Assembly: GCA_002269645.1 (NCBI GenBank)
Contig: NIVC01001176.1
Span: 248,001 to 312,000 of the forward strand
DNA length: 64,000 bases
Direction of reading: 5' to 3'
Origin: Macrostomum lignano
Taxonomy: Eukaryota
The first letter of the stretch is position 1, and each line of letters begins with the position of its first letter. Shown in pieces: positions 48,168 through 61,734 of this stretch. The position numbers and the translations under genes are program-made. The notes under the pieces are model-generated. The model did not search any database and was not told where the DNA came from. It worked only from the letters and a program-made list of their open reading frames with translations.

Positions 48168-51118
48168 ATGAGGTACGGCCAGCATATGACTCTCTCTTCT
48201 CCCCTTGTGTCACCTCTCGTCTCTCTTCATCTCCCCTCATCTCTCATCTTTTCTCCCAGTCTTCTTCCTCTCGAATCTCTAAGTCTCTCCACCCGCTCCA
48301 TCACCCGCACCCTCCCAGTCTCCCACCCCTCCATCACAGCACCCTCCCAGTCTCCCACCCTCCATCACAGCACCCTCCCAGTCTCCCCAGCCCTCCATCA
48401 CACGCACCCTCCCAGTGTCCCCCTCCATTACCCGCACCCTCCCAGTCTCCCCACCCCTCCATCACCGAACCCTCCCAGTCTCCCACCCCTCCATCACAGC
48501 ACCCTCCCAGTCTCCCACCCCTCCATCACCCGCACCCTCCCAGTCTCCCCACCCCTCCATCACCGAACTCTCCCAGGCTCCCCACCCCTCCATCACCGCA
48601 CCCTCCCAGTCTCCCACCCCTCCATCACAGCACCCTCCCAGTCTCCCACCCCTCCATCACCCGCACCCTCCCAGTCTCCCCACCCCTCCATCACCGAACT
48701 CTCCCAGGCTCCCCACCCCTCCATCACCGCACCCTCCCAGTCTCCCCACCCCTCCATCACCGAACCCTCCCAGTCTCCCACCCCTCCATCACAGCACCCT
48801 CCCAGTCTCCCACCCCTCCATCACAGCACCCTCCCAGTCTCCAACCCCTCCATCACCCGCACCCTCCCAGTCTCCCCACCCCTCCATCACCGAACTCTCC
48901 CAGGCTCCCCACCCCTCCATCACCGCACCCTCCCAGTCTCCCCACCCCTCCATCACCGCACCCTCCCAGTCTCCCCACCCCTCCATCACCCGAACCCTCC
49001 CAGTCTCCCCACCCCCTCCAATCCTTGGCAGTTCACAGTCGCAGCAGCCGCGCAGCCGCCGCATCTCCATAGCGGATCTCGCCCGCGGCACTGGCGGCTC
49101 CATCGGCGGATCGTCGCACCGGTCCGGAGGCAGCGGCGCCACCTCGCCGTCGTCGCAGCAGCCGCCCCGTTTTGCCCTGCTGTCCCGCCGGGTGACCCGC
49201 CTGATCGGCCTGCAGAAGTCGCTTCGAGGCAGCGCCATCCGCGAGGACAGCAGCGCCTCGATTGTCGCCGACGATTTTATGACCCGGATGCGGCCGGACG
49301 AGGCGCCGAAGAATCCGCGATTCTCGGCCACGCTGTCCACGGAGGGTCAGTACGCCACGTTCAAGTGCTACGAGAGGCTGGCGAGGAACTGCATCTTGGC
49401 TGCCGAGCCCGTGGTGGCGTGAGTGCATGCTGTTAGCTGACTTTCTTACCCCAGGGGCCAGATAGAGAATGCAGCTCATGTCTGCGAGCGAGATGAGCGT
49501 GGAAAGGAGAGGGAATAGAGGATGAGAGATAAGAGAAGAGAGGAGAGGCGAGAGATGAGATGAGAGAAAAAAGAGGAGAGAAAATGGGAGACAGGAAGAG
49601 GAGAGAAGAGAGAGAAGAGAGAGAAGAGAGAGAAGAGAGAGAAGAGAGAGAGCTTAGCAGAGACACAAACCCTGAGCGGACCAGATTGCTATTGTGAAGT
49701 TTCAAAGCCCCCGAGTGCCAGATAGAGAGGCTTCGAGGGTTCGAGAGCTTTTTATCCATTGTTTCATGCATTTTACTCTTACAAGTATGCCGGATCTTTT
49801 ATGATGTTGTGTCCTGATTAATTACGAATAATAACTAATATTTTTACTATATCCTATAAAGTATTGAATGCATTTAGCTCGTAATCATAATCGGCATAAT
49901 TATTTTCTGTACGTTTTTTCCATATATTTCTACTATCAGTAGAGCATCAAATAAAATTAAAAGTAGCAACAAATGTTTTTTTTTATACATGTACCAACAC
50001 CTGTATTATAAATTGTGCGCGTGCGTGTAAAATTATCTGTCTAGTAGTTTATTTCTCGTAACGGGATAAATTAGGAAAAATGGAGGACTTCATGTGAGAT
50101 TAAGTCCCATTGCGCCGGTTTCTCAATCGGCGGACCTCACTATACTGGACTGACGAAGGGAGAAGAATCATTAAAACCCGGATCCTTCTATCAGTCGGTC
50201 TTCCCGAAATTCACATGAGATCCCCATTTTTTTCCAGTTGTACACTTTGAGGAAGCCCATGGTCAATGAGTTCTTGTCTTCTCCATGGCAACAAATAAGG
50301 CATTGGTTATGTTCTCTTGACTAGCCACTTTCGTCACGTGCTTGTATGAGCAAATTCACATCCGTTTACAGTCAATTTGAAGTGCTACATGTACTTAGTA
50401 GAATGTGTTTTGCGTACTAGCTACTGACAGTAGTTGCACGCTTTGGCTAGAGTTAATGGTTAGGGTTAGGGCTATACGGTTATTTTCTTAAAAACATCCG
50501 CCCGTCTCTCTCGGCCGAAGTCCGCAGGATTTGCCCCGCACTCGCACTCCGATGGAGATGATCCGGACTCGATTCGAGCTGGCCAATCAGCCGCAGCAAC
50601 AGCAGCAGCAGCAGCAACAAGCGCAACGACGTGGTGACGCAAGCGGTGGCGGTGGAAACGGTGATGATGTAATCGAGTCCGCCAGCCGCAGCCAGTCGCG
50701 TCAGTCGGTTTCCGGCCAGCAAGCCGCAGCGGCAGCAACGGCGGCAGCAGCGGCGTCCACGGCGGAGATTCCGCTGCCCGGCTACTCGCTGACGGCCTAC
50801 CGGGCTCCGTCGCAGCCGCAGCGGCCGCAGTCCCGTCGAATATCTCGAAACGAGCAGCCGCCACCGGCTGCGACAGCCGATGCCCAACTTGAGCGGCAGC
50901 TGCGCCTGAGCTACCGGCTGGAGAATGTGATGGAGATCATCGACTATCTGCGGCAGAGGCGCGGCCAGGAGGCCGTGACCAATCAGCGATTCCGACGGCA
51001 CCGGATCCAGCCGGCGGAGCACTACCAGGCCTGGGTGCGGCTCTGGAACCGGGACTTTGTCGTGCGGCCGCGCAGACCGGGTGACGAAGGCGTCCTGCGC
51101 AGCTGCCAGAACTACTAG
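48168..51118 (+). CDS. Uncharacterised ~329-aa protein; exons 48168-48172, 49032-49418, 50521-51118
   Basis: ATG AG|gtacgg, ttggcag|t, gtggc|gtgagt and ccgaag|t join in frame (990 nt): MSSQSQQPRSRRISIADL...LSTEGQYATFKCYE...VAPQDLPR...LSYRLENVMEIIDYLR...YQAWVRLW...QNY*. The first exon is the weakest part. Confidence 0.6.
48290..49020. repeat. C-rich ~31-bp minisatellite (ccctcccagtctcccacccctccatcac-)
   Basis: Tandem array filling the putative first intron. Confidence 0.93.
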
Positions 51119-51292
51119 CTAGAGTAGCTATAGAGATTTTTATTTTTATTAGAGGCAGGGGGGGTTGTGTGCACCCTGGTGCACTTTAAGCGACATTGGC
51201 ATACAACCGGCGAGAGGCATTGCTGCCCATTCCGCATGTACACTTCATTGCGCCTTGGGGGGTTGGCTCTCAAGGCCGTTAATTGCACGAGC

Positions 51293-51354
51293 AGAGCCAA
51301 GCCGAGATTCCAATTCAGCCCCAAATTAATGTGACTGCACTTGGAATCGAGCCT
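51293..51354. repeat. 62-bp dispersed repeat, inverted copy at 59966-60027
   Basis: agagccaagccgagattccaattcagccccaaattaatgtgactgcacttggaatcgagcct matches the reverse complement of 59966-60027. Confidence 0.85.
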
Positions 51355-51768
51355 GGGTCGCTGGCACACCAGAGCCTGCGCTAGACCGCTGGGCTACAGC
51401 CCCCCTAGCTATAGAGAAGGATATATTCAAATCTCTCCTAAATTAATATCTAATTTACGAAAATTCGCTGTATGTCAATGCAGTCAATTTCGTAAGTATG
51501 AATCAAGTAACACATGTAAATGTGACTTTTGTAACGAGCGATATAGAAATCACTTCAAATATTCTTAATTGCACATATATATTATACGTATATGGCTCAT
51601 GTAAGTCAGGTAAAGTGGCTCGCTTGATGAAGAGTAGATAAATAAAGGTAAATATCAACATGAAGTTATTTATTTATTTATTTGATTGGCCGATGCATTT
51701 CGTCCATTTGCATTAGGACATCGTCAGGGTCTTTTTATTTAAGAAACAATTTGAATGAATATTCAGTA

Positions 51769-52029
51769 TCCTAATACTAAAACTTCCTAATACTAAAACC
51801 GACGCGATGTTTGTCTGTCTGTCTGTCTGTCTGTATGTTGCAAGTGAACTCCTACAATTCTGCCAAGTCAACGTCGAAACTTATATGGGAAAACTGCAAA
51901 TTTTCCGGAGCAGGCTTTAGGCTATTTTAATTTTTAATTTTCACATTTTAACATCCCTAAAAAAGCAGAAAACTGCTTTTTTAACCCCCAATAACCTTCT
52001 TTGGTCACTCTGCCTGGGGCTTCAGCCAG
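51769..52029 (+). mobile_element. Short non-autonomous Helitron-like element (mirrored at ~56070-56315)
   Basis: A|TC start (tcctaatactaaaa), (tgtc)n microsatellite near the 5' end, and 3' ...ggggcttcagCCAG|T resembling a CTAG|T end. Confidence 0.5.
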
Positions 52030-55000
52030 TTTGTAAAAATAGCCACCCCAACCTCCGCCCGCGGGCCGCTGTGTATTGAGGGGTGGTGGGTGCGCGTGTT
52101 CTGCGTTCAATGCAAATAAAACCCCCGCGTGTTGGGGGTTAAGTTCAATTTAATGATTCCCCCAGACTGGGGGGTTGGGCTTGGGCTGAGTGTACATAGC
52201 AGTTGTACAGTGTAAATAGATAGACTGTGTCGAGATTCATTTGGTTTTATTATTGGCAGCCCTGTGTATTAGTTTGGCAGTGAAATTCAATGAATAAACT
52301 TGCGAGCTTCTCTAGCAAGCAGTCGGGAAATCGGTAAATTTCAAACGCTAACTGTTCCTCGAGTTTTAAACTTTGAGAGGAGAGACTTATATTGCTGGAA
52401 AGATCTTGCAACGCTGAGTTTGGGGATATAAGTTGTTTGCTTTATATATGAAAAGAAAAAGCACAGCATTTGAAAAACTATTTTCATACTTTTAACTTTC
52501 TGCAAAGATTGTACTTAGTTTTGCGAGACGTAATAGATAAAGTTGGGGGAGGGTTCAACTTCTCACTGCTGCTGTGTATTGGAGGGTTGATTTAGATTGC
52601 GCAACTGTTTATTTAACTTTAAATAAGACTGATACTGTCTGACTGAGAAATGGTTTGCGCAATTAATTGATTCAATTAATTCAACACGCAGCTCTGTGCA
52701 GCTCGAACCCTAACCCTAACCAATGAATTCTGAAAGTTAAGTTCTTTTTGACAGAGAAAATTTCGATTGAGTCCAGTTTCACGGAGTATTCTGATGGTTT
52801 TCGGTTTCACGGAGAGGATTTATTTTTCGTGGAGAGAATTTAGATGTATTTCTGTTTTACGGAGACGATTTTGATGGATGTCAGTTTCACTCAGAGGATT
52901 TCCATGGAGCCCAGTTTCACGGAGAGGATTTCTGTTTCGCGGAGAGGATTTCTGTTTCACGGAGGGATTTTGATGGATTTGGTATCTTCAGTCAGTCAGT
53001 AAAGAGAGTAAAGAGAAGAGTGAAAAGAGAAGAGAGAAGAGATTATAGAAAAGAGAGTAGAGATGAGAGAGGACAGATTAGACATGACAGATGGGAGAGA
53101 AGAGGGGAGTAAGGCGGGAACGAAGAGGGAGAGAGAAGAAAAGAGGAGAGAGGAGATGAGAGGGAATATATGAGATAGCAGAGGGAGACAGGAGAGATGA
53201 GAGGAGAGAGAAGAGAGGAGCTGAGAGTAGAGGAGAAAGAAATAGTGAGATGAGGCATGAGGGATGAGAGATGAGAGAGGAGAGAAGAGAGGAGAGAGGA
53301 GAGAGGAGAAAACAGGGGATAAAGGAGACAGAAGAGAAAGACGAAAGACGAGGGAGAAGAGATAAATAAGGTGGTAGAGATGAGAGACGTGAGAGGAGAG
53401 AAAAGAGAAGAGAGGAGACAGAAGAATCTGAGTCTGGACAATGGCAGTCAGTTTTTGCGAACAGGGAAAACAAGATATGGTATTTGAAAGGCTTTACAGA
53501 GGATTTGGAGATGATTTGGAAGATGGGATTCAAGTCATGGAATTTCAGCTGATGGATTTCAGGGAATGGAATTCCGGTGATGGGAGTTCTTCCCCTTTCT
53601 CCTCCAGAGGAGGAGTTGGCCTCGTATATAGATAGTTGAGAGTAACAAGAGTAGTTGAATTGAGTTTTTAATTGATGGTTTAAAACTTGTACATAGTAAT
53701 CAATTTTTTGATACAGTATTGGTTGGGTAAAGTGCATATATCAGTTTCATACATGTATATCAGGACAGTTATGCATTTTTTTAGCTGATTTGTCAGTGAC
53801 CGGACTGGCTTGAAACTGGCTTGACGATGTCCTAATGCAATGGACGAAATGCATCGGCAACTCAAATAAATAAATAACTAACTTCATGTTGATATTTACC
53901 TTTATTTATCTGCTCATGTAAGTACATGTAAGTGTGTAAAAACATCAGGGACAACTAAAACATATGAGCTCGTACTATATATGTGTACATGTTACATATG
54001 TAAATGATACTGAATTAGAATTAGCCAAGCTGCAAAAAACTGTTTACGTCAAAACTTATGTAAATAAAAATATGAATATTTGCAAGTGGCTTGCATGTTA
54101 GTACCAACTGCAACCCTTTCGGCGCTGAGCCATTTCTTTCCCATTTGCAGCTGACCCCTGAGCACACATGTACAAGCGCTCAGATACTGTAAGCAGGTAC
54201 GCACTTATACACACGTTCACCCAGTTGTCTGCTGGTGTACATGTACAGCAAGCCCTGATTTTCTAATCGTTATGCATTTACACTCTTTCTGCCTTAGGGA
54301 TTGACCGTCGTAATTAATTTAGCACGTACAATGTACACGGAATCGAACCAGGGGTCGTAGAGCCTACTGACAGTAGGGGGAAAGCGCATCGAAGCAAAAT
54401 GTGCGGTTTTAAGATTGAAAAAAGATGCGTCCTCATCATGATATTCTGACTTCAACGGCATTTAGTATTATGTACGAGGCCAACTCCTCCTCTGGAGGAG
54501 AAAGGGGAAGAACTCCCATCACCGGAATTCCATTCCCTGAAATCCATCAGCTGAAATTCCATGACTTGAATCCCATCTTCCAAATCATCTCCAAATCCTC
54601 TGTAAAGCCTTTCAAATACCATATCTTGTTTTCCCTGTTCGCAAAAACTGACTGCCATTGTCCAGACTCAGATTCTTCTGTCTCCTCTCTTCTCTTTTCT
54701 CTCCTCTCACGTCTCTCATCTCTACCACCTTATTTATCTCTTCTCCCTCGTCTTTCGTCTTTCTCTTCTGTCTCCTTTATCCCCTGTTTTCTCCTCTCTC
54801 CTCTCTCCTCTCTTCTCTCCTCTCTCATCTCTCATCCCTCATGCCTCATCTCACTATTTCTTTCTCCTCTACTCTCAGCTCCTCTCTTCTCTCTCCTCTC
54901 ATCTCTCCTGTCTCCCTCTGCTATCTCATATATTCCCTCTCATCTCCTCTCTCCTCTTTTCTTCTCTCTCCCTCTTCGTTCCCGCCTTACTCCCCTCTTC

Positions 55001-56315
55001 TCTCCCATCTGTCATGTCTAATCTGTCCTCTCTCATCTCTACTCTCTTTTCTATAATCTCTTCTCTCTTCTCTTTTCACTCTTCTCTTTACTCTCTTTAC
55101 TGACTGACTGAAGATACCAAATCCATCAAAATCCCTCCGTGAAACAGAAATCCTCTCCGCGAAACAGAAATCCTCTCCGTGAAACTGGGCTCCATGGAAA
55201 TCCTCTGAGTGAAACTGACATCCATCAAAATCGTCTCCGTAAAACAGAAATACATCTAAATTCTCTCCACGAAAAATAAATCCTCTCCGTGAAACCGAAA
55301 ACCATCAGAATACTCCGTGAAACTGGACTCAATCGAAATTTTCTCTGTCAAAAAGAACTTAACTTTCAGAATTCATTGGTTAGGGTTAGGGTTCGAGCTG
55401 CACAGAGCTGCGTGTTGAATTAATTGAATCAATTAATTGCGCAAACCATTTCTCAGTCAGACAGTATCAGTCTTATTTAAAGTTAAATAAACAGTTGCGC
55501 AATCTAAATCAACCCTCCAATACACAGCAGCAGTGAGAAGTTGAACCCTCCCCCAACTTTATCTATTACGTCTCGCAAAACTAAGTACAATCTTTGCAGA
55601 AAGTTAAAAGTATGAAAATAGTTTTTCAAATGCTGTGCTTTTTCTTTTCATATATAAAGCAAACAACTTATATCCCCAAACTCAGCGTTGCAAGATCTTT
55701 CCAGCAATATAAGTCTCTCCTCTCAAAGTTTAAAACTCGAGGAACAGTTAGCGTTTGAAATTTACCGATTTCCCGACTGCTTGCTAGAGAAGCTCGCAAG
55801 TTTATTCATTGAATTTCACTGCCAAACTAATACACAGGGCTGCCAATAATAAAACCAAATGAATCTCGACACAGTCTATCTATTTACACTGTACAACTGC
55901 TATGTACACTCAGCCCAAGCCCAACCCCCCAGTCTGGGGGAATCATTAAATTGAACTTAACCCCCCAACACGCGGGGGGTTTTATTTGCATTGAACGCAG
56001 AACACGCGCACCCACCACCCCTCAATACACAGCGGCCCGCGGGCGGAGGTTGGGGTGGCTATTTTTACAAACTGGCTGAAGCCCCAGGCAGAGTGACCAA
56101 AGAAGGTTATTGGGGGTTAAAAAAGCAGTTTTCTGCTTTTTTAGGGATGTTAAAATGTGAAAATTAAAAATTAAAATAGCCTAAAGCCTGCTCCGGAAAA
56201 TTTGCAGTTTTCCCATATAAGTTTCGACGTTGACTTGGCAGAATTGTAGGAGTTCACTTGCAACATACAGACAGACAGACAGACAGACAAACATCGCGTC
56301 GGTTTTAGTATTAGG
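51786..56315. repeat. Large inverted duplication: arms 51786-53626 and 54473-56315, 846-bp spacer
   Basis: Arm ends cctaatactaaaaccgacg / cgtcggttttagtattagg and ggcctcgta / tacgaggcc. Mirror ORFs 53043-53441(-) and 54658-55056(+) are identical. Only two homopolymer-length differences were noticed in the parts compared. Confidence 0.95.
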
Positions 56316-56559
56316 ACAAGCTGTTGAAACCCGCGGATTTTGAACCCGGGGAATTTCAATCCCTGGAACTATTTTTGCATGTACTCGTATTCTAAAATCT
56401 GAGGTCAAACTCAAACAAAAGCTTGTTAATAGTTAGGTTAGAATTAAACATAAAATAGAGTACATTCGTAAAAAATTAGGATTTAAGGCAAACATTTATA
56501 TTGTTGGCTGGGGTGCTCCAAACAGGCAAACTCTGGCCTCTGCCTCTCCTTATGTCCCT

Positions 56560-58020
56560 TGGATCCTTAGAAACTTTGACCTTCTCTTCTGTTTCCTCTC
56601 CTCTCTCTCGTCTCTGTCTCTTCTCTCTCTCTCCTCTATCCCCTATTCTCTCGTCTATTCTCTCTCCCTTCTATTCTTTTATCCCTCCTCTCCTCCCTCC
56701 TCTCTACTCTCTCCTCTCTCTCCTCTCATCTCTTCTCTTCTTTCCTCTCTCCTCTCTCCTCTCTTCTATCGTCTCTTCCCTCACCTCTCTTCTCTCTCGT
56801 CTTTGCTCTCTTATCTATCTCTTCTTTCTCTTCTTTTATCTTTTCTCTCTTCTCTTTTCTCATTCTTTCTGCATGTTCTCTCCTCTCTCCCTCTCTCTCT
56901 CCTCTCTCTCCCTCTCTCTCCTCTCTCTCCCTCTCTCTCTCCTCTCTCTCCCTCTCTCTCTCCTCTTATCTCTCTGCTCTCTCCTGTCCCATATCTCTTT
57001 CTCCTCTAATCTCTCCCCTGTTTCATCTCCTCTCTCGTCCTTTCTCCTCTTTCCCCTGTCCTCTCGTTTCTCTCCCCTCCCCTCCTCTCTCCTCACTCAC
57101 TTCTCTCTCCCTTTGTCTTACCTCTCATCTCTTATTTCTATCCTTTTTTTCTCTCCACTCTCCCATCTCTCGTCTGTTCACTCTCGTCTCTGGTCTCTCA
57201 TCTCCCCTCTCTCATCTGCCATCTTTACTCTCTTATACTCGTATGTTTTCTCACCTCTCTCATCTGTACTCTTCTCTTTCCCCTCTTTTGACTCCTCTCT
57301 TTCCTTTCTCCTTTTTCCCTTCTCTTCTATTCCCTCTTCTATTCTCTCCCTCTCTTGTCTTCTCTCTTTTCTCTTCGCTCTCCTCTCTCCTCTCATATAT
57401 CGCGTTCACTCTCATCTTTGCTCTCCACCCCCTCTCTCTTCTCTCTCCACTCTTTACTCTCCACTCTCCTGTGTACTCTTCTCTTTCCCCTTTACTGAAT
57501 CCTCTCTTCTTACTCCTCTTCTCTTCCCTCTTCTATACTCTTCTCTTGTCTCTTTGCACTCTGCTCTCTCTTCCTTCACCTCTCTATCTCTACTCTCTCG
57601 TCTCCACAATCTCATCTCTTTCCTCTCTCCTCTTCTTCCCTTTACTCTATCATCTCTCCTTTCTCCTCTCTTCTTTCTCAACTCTCTCTCTCATCTCTTA
57701 TCTCCTCTCTTCTCACTCCTCTCTCCCTCTCTCTCCCCTCCTATCTCCTCTCTGTTCTCTATTCTCTATTCTCTTCTCACTCTTCTCTACTCTCCTCTCT
57801 CATCGATCCTCTGTCTCATCTCTCCCCTCTTCTCTCTTCCTCTTCTCACCTCTACTCTTTCCTCTCCCTCCTGTCTCCCCTCCTCTCGCTTCCTCCTCCC
57901 ATATTCTCTGCTCTCTCCTCGTCCTCACCCCACTCGTCTTTCCTGTTATCTTATATCTTTTCTCTTACCCCCTCTCGCCCTTCCTCTCTTTCCAATAGTC
58001 TATTCCTTTTCTTTTTCACA
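56560..58020. repeat. Degenerate CT-rich low-complexity tract
   Basis: Pyrimidine-rich + strand giving spurious Leu/Ser-rich ORFs. Confidence 0.93.
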
Positions 58021-58749
58021 CTCATCTGGCCCGCAGCCATGAGTTGGATTCTTTATCTGGCCTTTGAGTTAAAAATCTACCGATCCCTGCTTTGAAAGCC
58101 AGTTTGTGGGACGTAGTACTATCATGGTTATCATTTCTTATGCTTTAATCACGTCACCTTTCTGGCCAATTAGCAGCCCTGAGAGGAATTTGTGTATCTC
58201 CAGCTCCACCACCACAGTTTGCACTCTGTAGCAGTCTAACAACCAAGGAAATGCGCATTTCTTAGGAGTCATTTAAATTTTAAAGTTACTCTATGCGAAA
58301 CTTAATGTTAAAAGCTTCATGGTGTAACTAATTTAGTAGTATTGCATTGTAATAAGTTATTCATTAATTTTTCGCTATTTTTACAAACCATCCCGCATCG
58401 CCTTGATTTGCCTGTTTGCCATCCACTGTTAAACTGCTGCAGACTTGTCTATACAGAGGACAGTGGTTTGAATCTCTCGCTGAAACTGTCTCTCCTCTCC
58501 ACGCCTCTCCACTCGCGGGGGTGCAGAGAAGGCTATTAAAAGTTATTCCAAAACAGTGTACGTTGCCATGTACATTCAGCCCTATCGCCTGACCCTTCGT
58601 CTGGGCTGGGGGAATGAGTGAGTGAGTGGCACAAACAACAGAAAAAGCAGACAAAATTCACATGCTTACAGTTTCCGTCCTGATTGAGATACAGAGTTGA
58701 GACTTTACATGTAGGCAGAGAATGAGTCAATAAAGAATTGTGTTAAGTT

Positions 58750-59253
58750 AGAAGTCAATCGCTTCACGTAGAGCAAACTTATGGCAGCCGAAAGTTAGTC
58801 ATTTTAAAACCCATTTACACCCTTTGCCCAGATCGGGAAAGAGGCAGGCGGGCGGAGGTTGGGGTGGCTGTCTCGCTGAAAAAAACAGCCAAACTTTAAA
58901 AGTGCACAGCGCCGTTCAGGATTAACTTTGAGACTCGAAATTTTACACGATTGTGTCAAAATAGTTGAAAATTGATTGTGTCAAATTTGAAGAGGATCGG
59001 TAGAAGTGGAGCGGCGCTAAGGAGGCTTTAGTAAAAAAATCGCGCATTTTGAGCAGTTTTTTGCACTTTTAGGTAGGAAGACTCAAATTTAGGAAATTTA
59101 AAGGTAGCCTAAGACATTCTCCGTAGTGAGTTTAGGGTGGGTGTAAAATTTGGTGTCATTTGGTTGAGCGGTTTGGGAGTCCATAGCGATCAAAATTGTC
59201 CACACACAGACAGACACACACACACACAGAGTTTTGATTTTTATATGTAGAGA
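58750..59253 (-). mobile_element. Helitron/HINE-like non-autonomous element remnant
   Basis: Minus-strand start A|TCTCTACATATAAAAATC followed by a (tg)/(tgtc) microsatellite; 3' end not located. Confidence 0.4.
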
Positions 59254-59319
59254 TTGTAGTAAATAGAATTTGCATTTTGTATTAATTTAAGTGCAATAAA
59301 TTTAACTGAACATGAATCT

Positions 59320-59520
59320 CAGGCGCCGCGGAACGAGTTTTTGCCAGGGGGGCAGGACCAAGTTTCCGAAACTCAAGCCCAGACCCTGACTTGGACAATG
59401 ACCAAAAATTTGAGCAAAATTATGCTGTTGAACAGTATTTGAGGGGAGGCAATGCCCCCCCCCCCAACTCAATGTCAGGGGGCAGCTGCCCCCCCTGCCC
59501 CCCCTGTTCCGCGGCGCCTG
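59320..59520. mobile_element. MITE with 15-bp perfect TIRs
   Basis: caggcgccgcggaac ... gttccgcggcgcctg; G/C-rich subterminal runs; only an offset partial flank duplication (aacatga). Confidence 0.8.
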
Positions 59521-61734
59521 AACATGATCCTTTCATGTACAATACATACAGTATGTAGTCAAAATAAAACGCCAAAGCTTCTATGTATATCAATTAATGC
59601 AATTAAATGACGCACAACACAACTGATATACTGCAGGCTGCTGCAGTTCCTTAACAAACATACATGTACAAGCTTACATCAAGGACCACTGAAGTCACTT
59701 CGTTAAACTTATAAGTCTACTTAAGTAGTCCTTGGCTTACATGAATAGTACGAGCAACATATGTAATTACCTAGATCTAATTAGCTACATCTTTTAAGTG
59801 TCGAAAGATGTATCTGAAAATGTTTCGGCAAAAGTTAACTGTTACGACACTTTTCCGACACTTTTCCGACACTTTTTGCGACATTTTAAGTGTTGTAAAA
59901 AGTGTCGGAAGATGTGTCTGAAAATGTGTCGGCGAAAGCTATACACAGGTGCATTCTCGATTCCAAGGCTCGATTCCAAGTGCAGTCACATTAATTTGGG
60001 GCTGAATTGGAATCTCGGCTTGGCTCTCCCTTCTTGCACGGTCCTAACCCCGTCTTATAGACGGCCCCTTCGGCATCTGCTGCGTCTTCGACGTCTGGTC
60101 CCCCTTCCCCCGGCAGTTTCGGCTTCAGCAGCTAAGCTCCCCTTGAGAGGCATCACCAGTACTTCCCGGCCGTGAACAAAGAGCAGGATAGCAACCGGCA
60201 AGTGAAGAGTACCGGCGGCACTCGTCAGCTAAGATCAGCATCCCATCCGAGCGTTTCGGTCTCTGCGGATCCCTTGGCTACCGCCAGTTAGGTCCTCTGA
60301 TTGGTTTGGTGAGAGGCTTTCTTGACCTGCTTAACTGGGTGCGCCCTTTGTCCTTCCTAGGTAGTCTGATAGGATTTGCACTTTTGCTTGCTTGCTTTTT
60401 GTGTGCCAAACTCGAGGCAAAAGTTTCATATAATACTAAAAGTAGCCATTTGCTCTGACTCTATCTAAGGTGTTTAGGATTGCGGATTAAGTGAGAAAGT
60501 TAAATCTGGAAGTTAGACTTAGCGTTTTCTTTCTTTTTCGCAATGCCAGCTGGGATGAGCGGCTAGATCTAGGAGCAGAGGTCACAGTGGATCGGAAGCG
60601 GCACAGTTCTCGGTCAATCAGTCGATCTCGGAAATCACGACAAGAATGCAAATTAAGTGCCAGACTGGCTCTTTCGTGCAGTCTCAGGCAGCTAAGCGGC
60701 AAAAAAAATTAAATATTAGTCTAACGGTTTCCAAAAGTAACAATGCATCTACATCATCGCTATCTGTCGACGTGTTAACACATTTAGTGCCAAAAGCGTG
60801 CAGTTACGTGTACTTGTACATGTACTTCTGGGAATTTGGTAATGAAATAGTACTTCTGTAGTGTATGAAGGCTCGCCAGCGCAAGAACCCCCTGCAAAAG
60901 TCCTCTCTGTCCCTGCATGGCCAATGTGATCTTAGTCCCAGCAGCGTCCCTTCTATTCGGCTATGACTTCGAGATAGACAGCTAAAAGACTGAGGACTGG
61001 GGGGTGGCAGGTAAGTGCCTTGCCCCTCTAGTCGGAAGTCCGATTTCGATAGCTCTGGTTTGGTGAGCCGGGGCGCACGGACTGGTGGCAGCGGGTTAGT
61101 TAATCTAATTCTCCCTGCTTGTCTCTCGCTGTCTACTCTTAGCTATAGGACCTTGCTGCTCGCCCACAATGTAGCTACCATGGGGCTGACCATCTGACAG
61201 GAGTGAGAGGCCAGAGCTTTAAGTGATTCATTTCTGAGTTCTAAGGCCCGAAGCTATAGGCTTAAAAAAAGCCGAACCCATCAATCAGAGTTTCGGATAC
61301 TAACTATTTCGAAATACTTTGTGCATACATGTAGCTATACTGGCACTGTGCGAGCTGGCTGACTACCAGGTGCAGATGCGCGCCTGGTCTGCTTTATCCG
61401 TCAAAAAAGCATGTAAAAGTACAGCGAGTGGATATGAAATTTTTTCATATCTTTATGAGCACTTTATTTGCCCTGGATACGTATGGCAGAATTTGCAAAC
61501 CAAGTATATCATTTGAACGCGTATCAAGTATCATTTAAGCAATTTTCCCACTGGAAAGAGCGAAAAAAGAAAAAGACCTAAAGTTCTGTAAAAAAAATTG
61601 TTTTTAGCGCGATTATTTAAATACGAGAGGTGTTGCACAAGTACTTAAACTTTCACATACATGAAAATTGTTAAACTTTAACTGAGAATTTTGATTTTGA
61701 ATACTATCCCGCTTGAAAAGCACTACACAATTTA

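Noticed and set aside
50456-55392. Telomeric (TTAGGG)n seeds at ~50457, ~52708 and ~55378
   Set aside because: Only about two units each; too short to indicate telomere healing or fusion.
56501-58042. 513-aa Leu/Ser-rich membrane-protein-like ORF
   Set aside because: Artefact of a CT-rich low-complexity tract.
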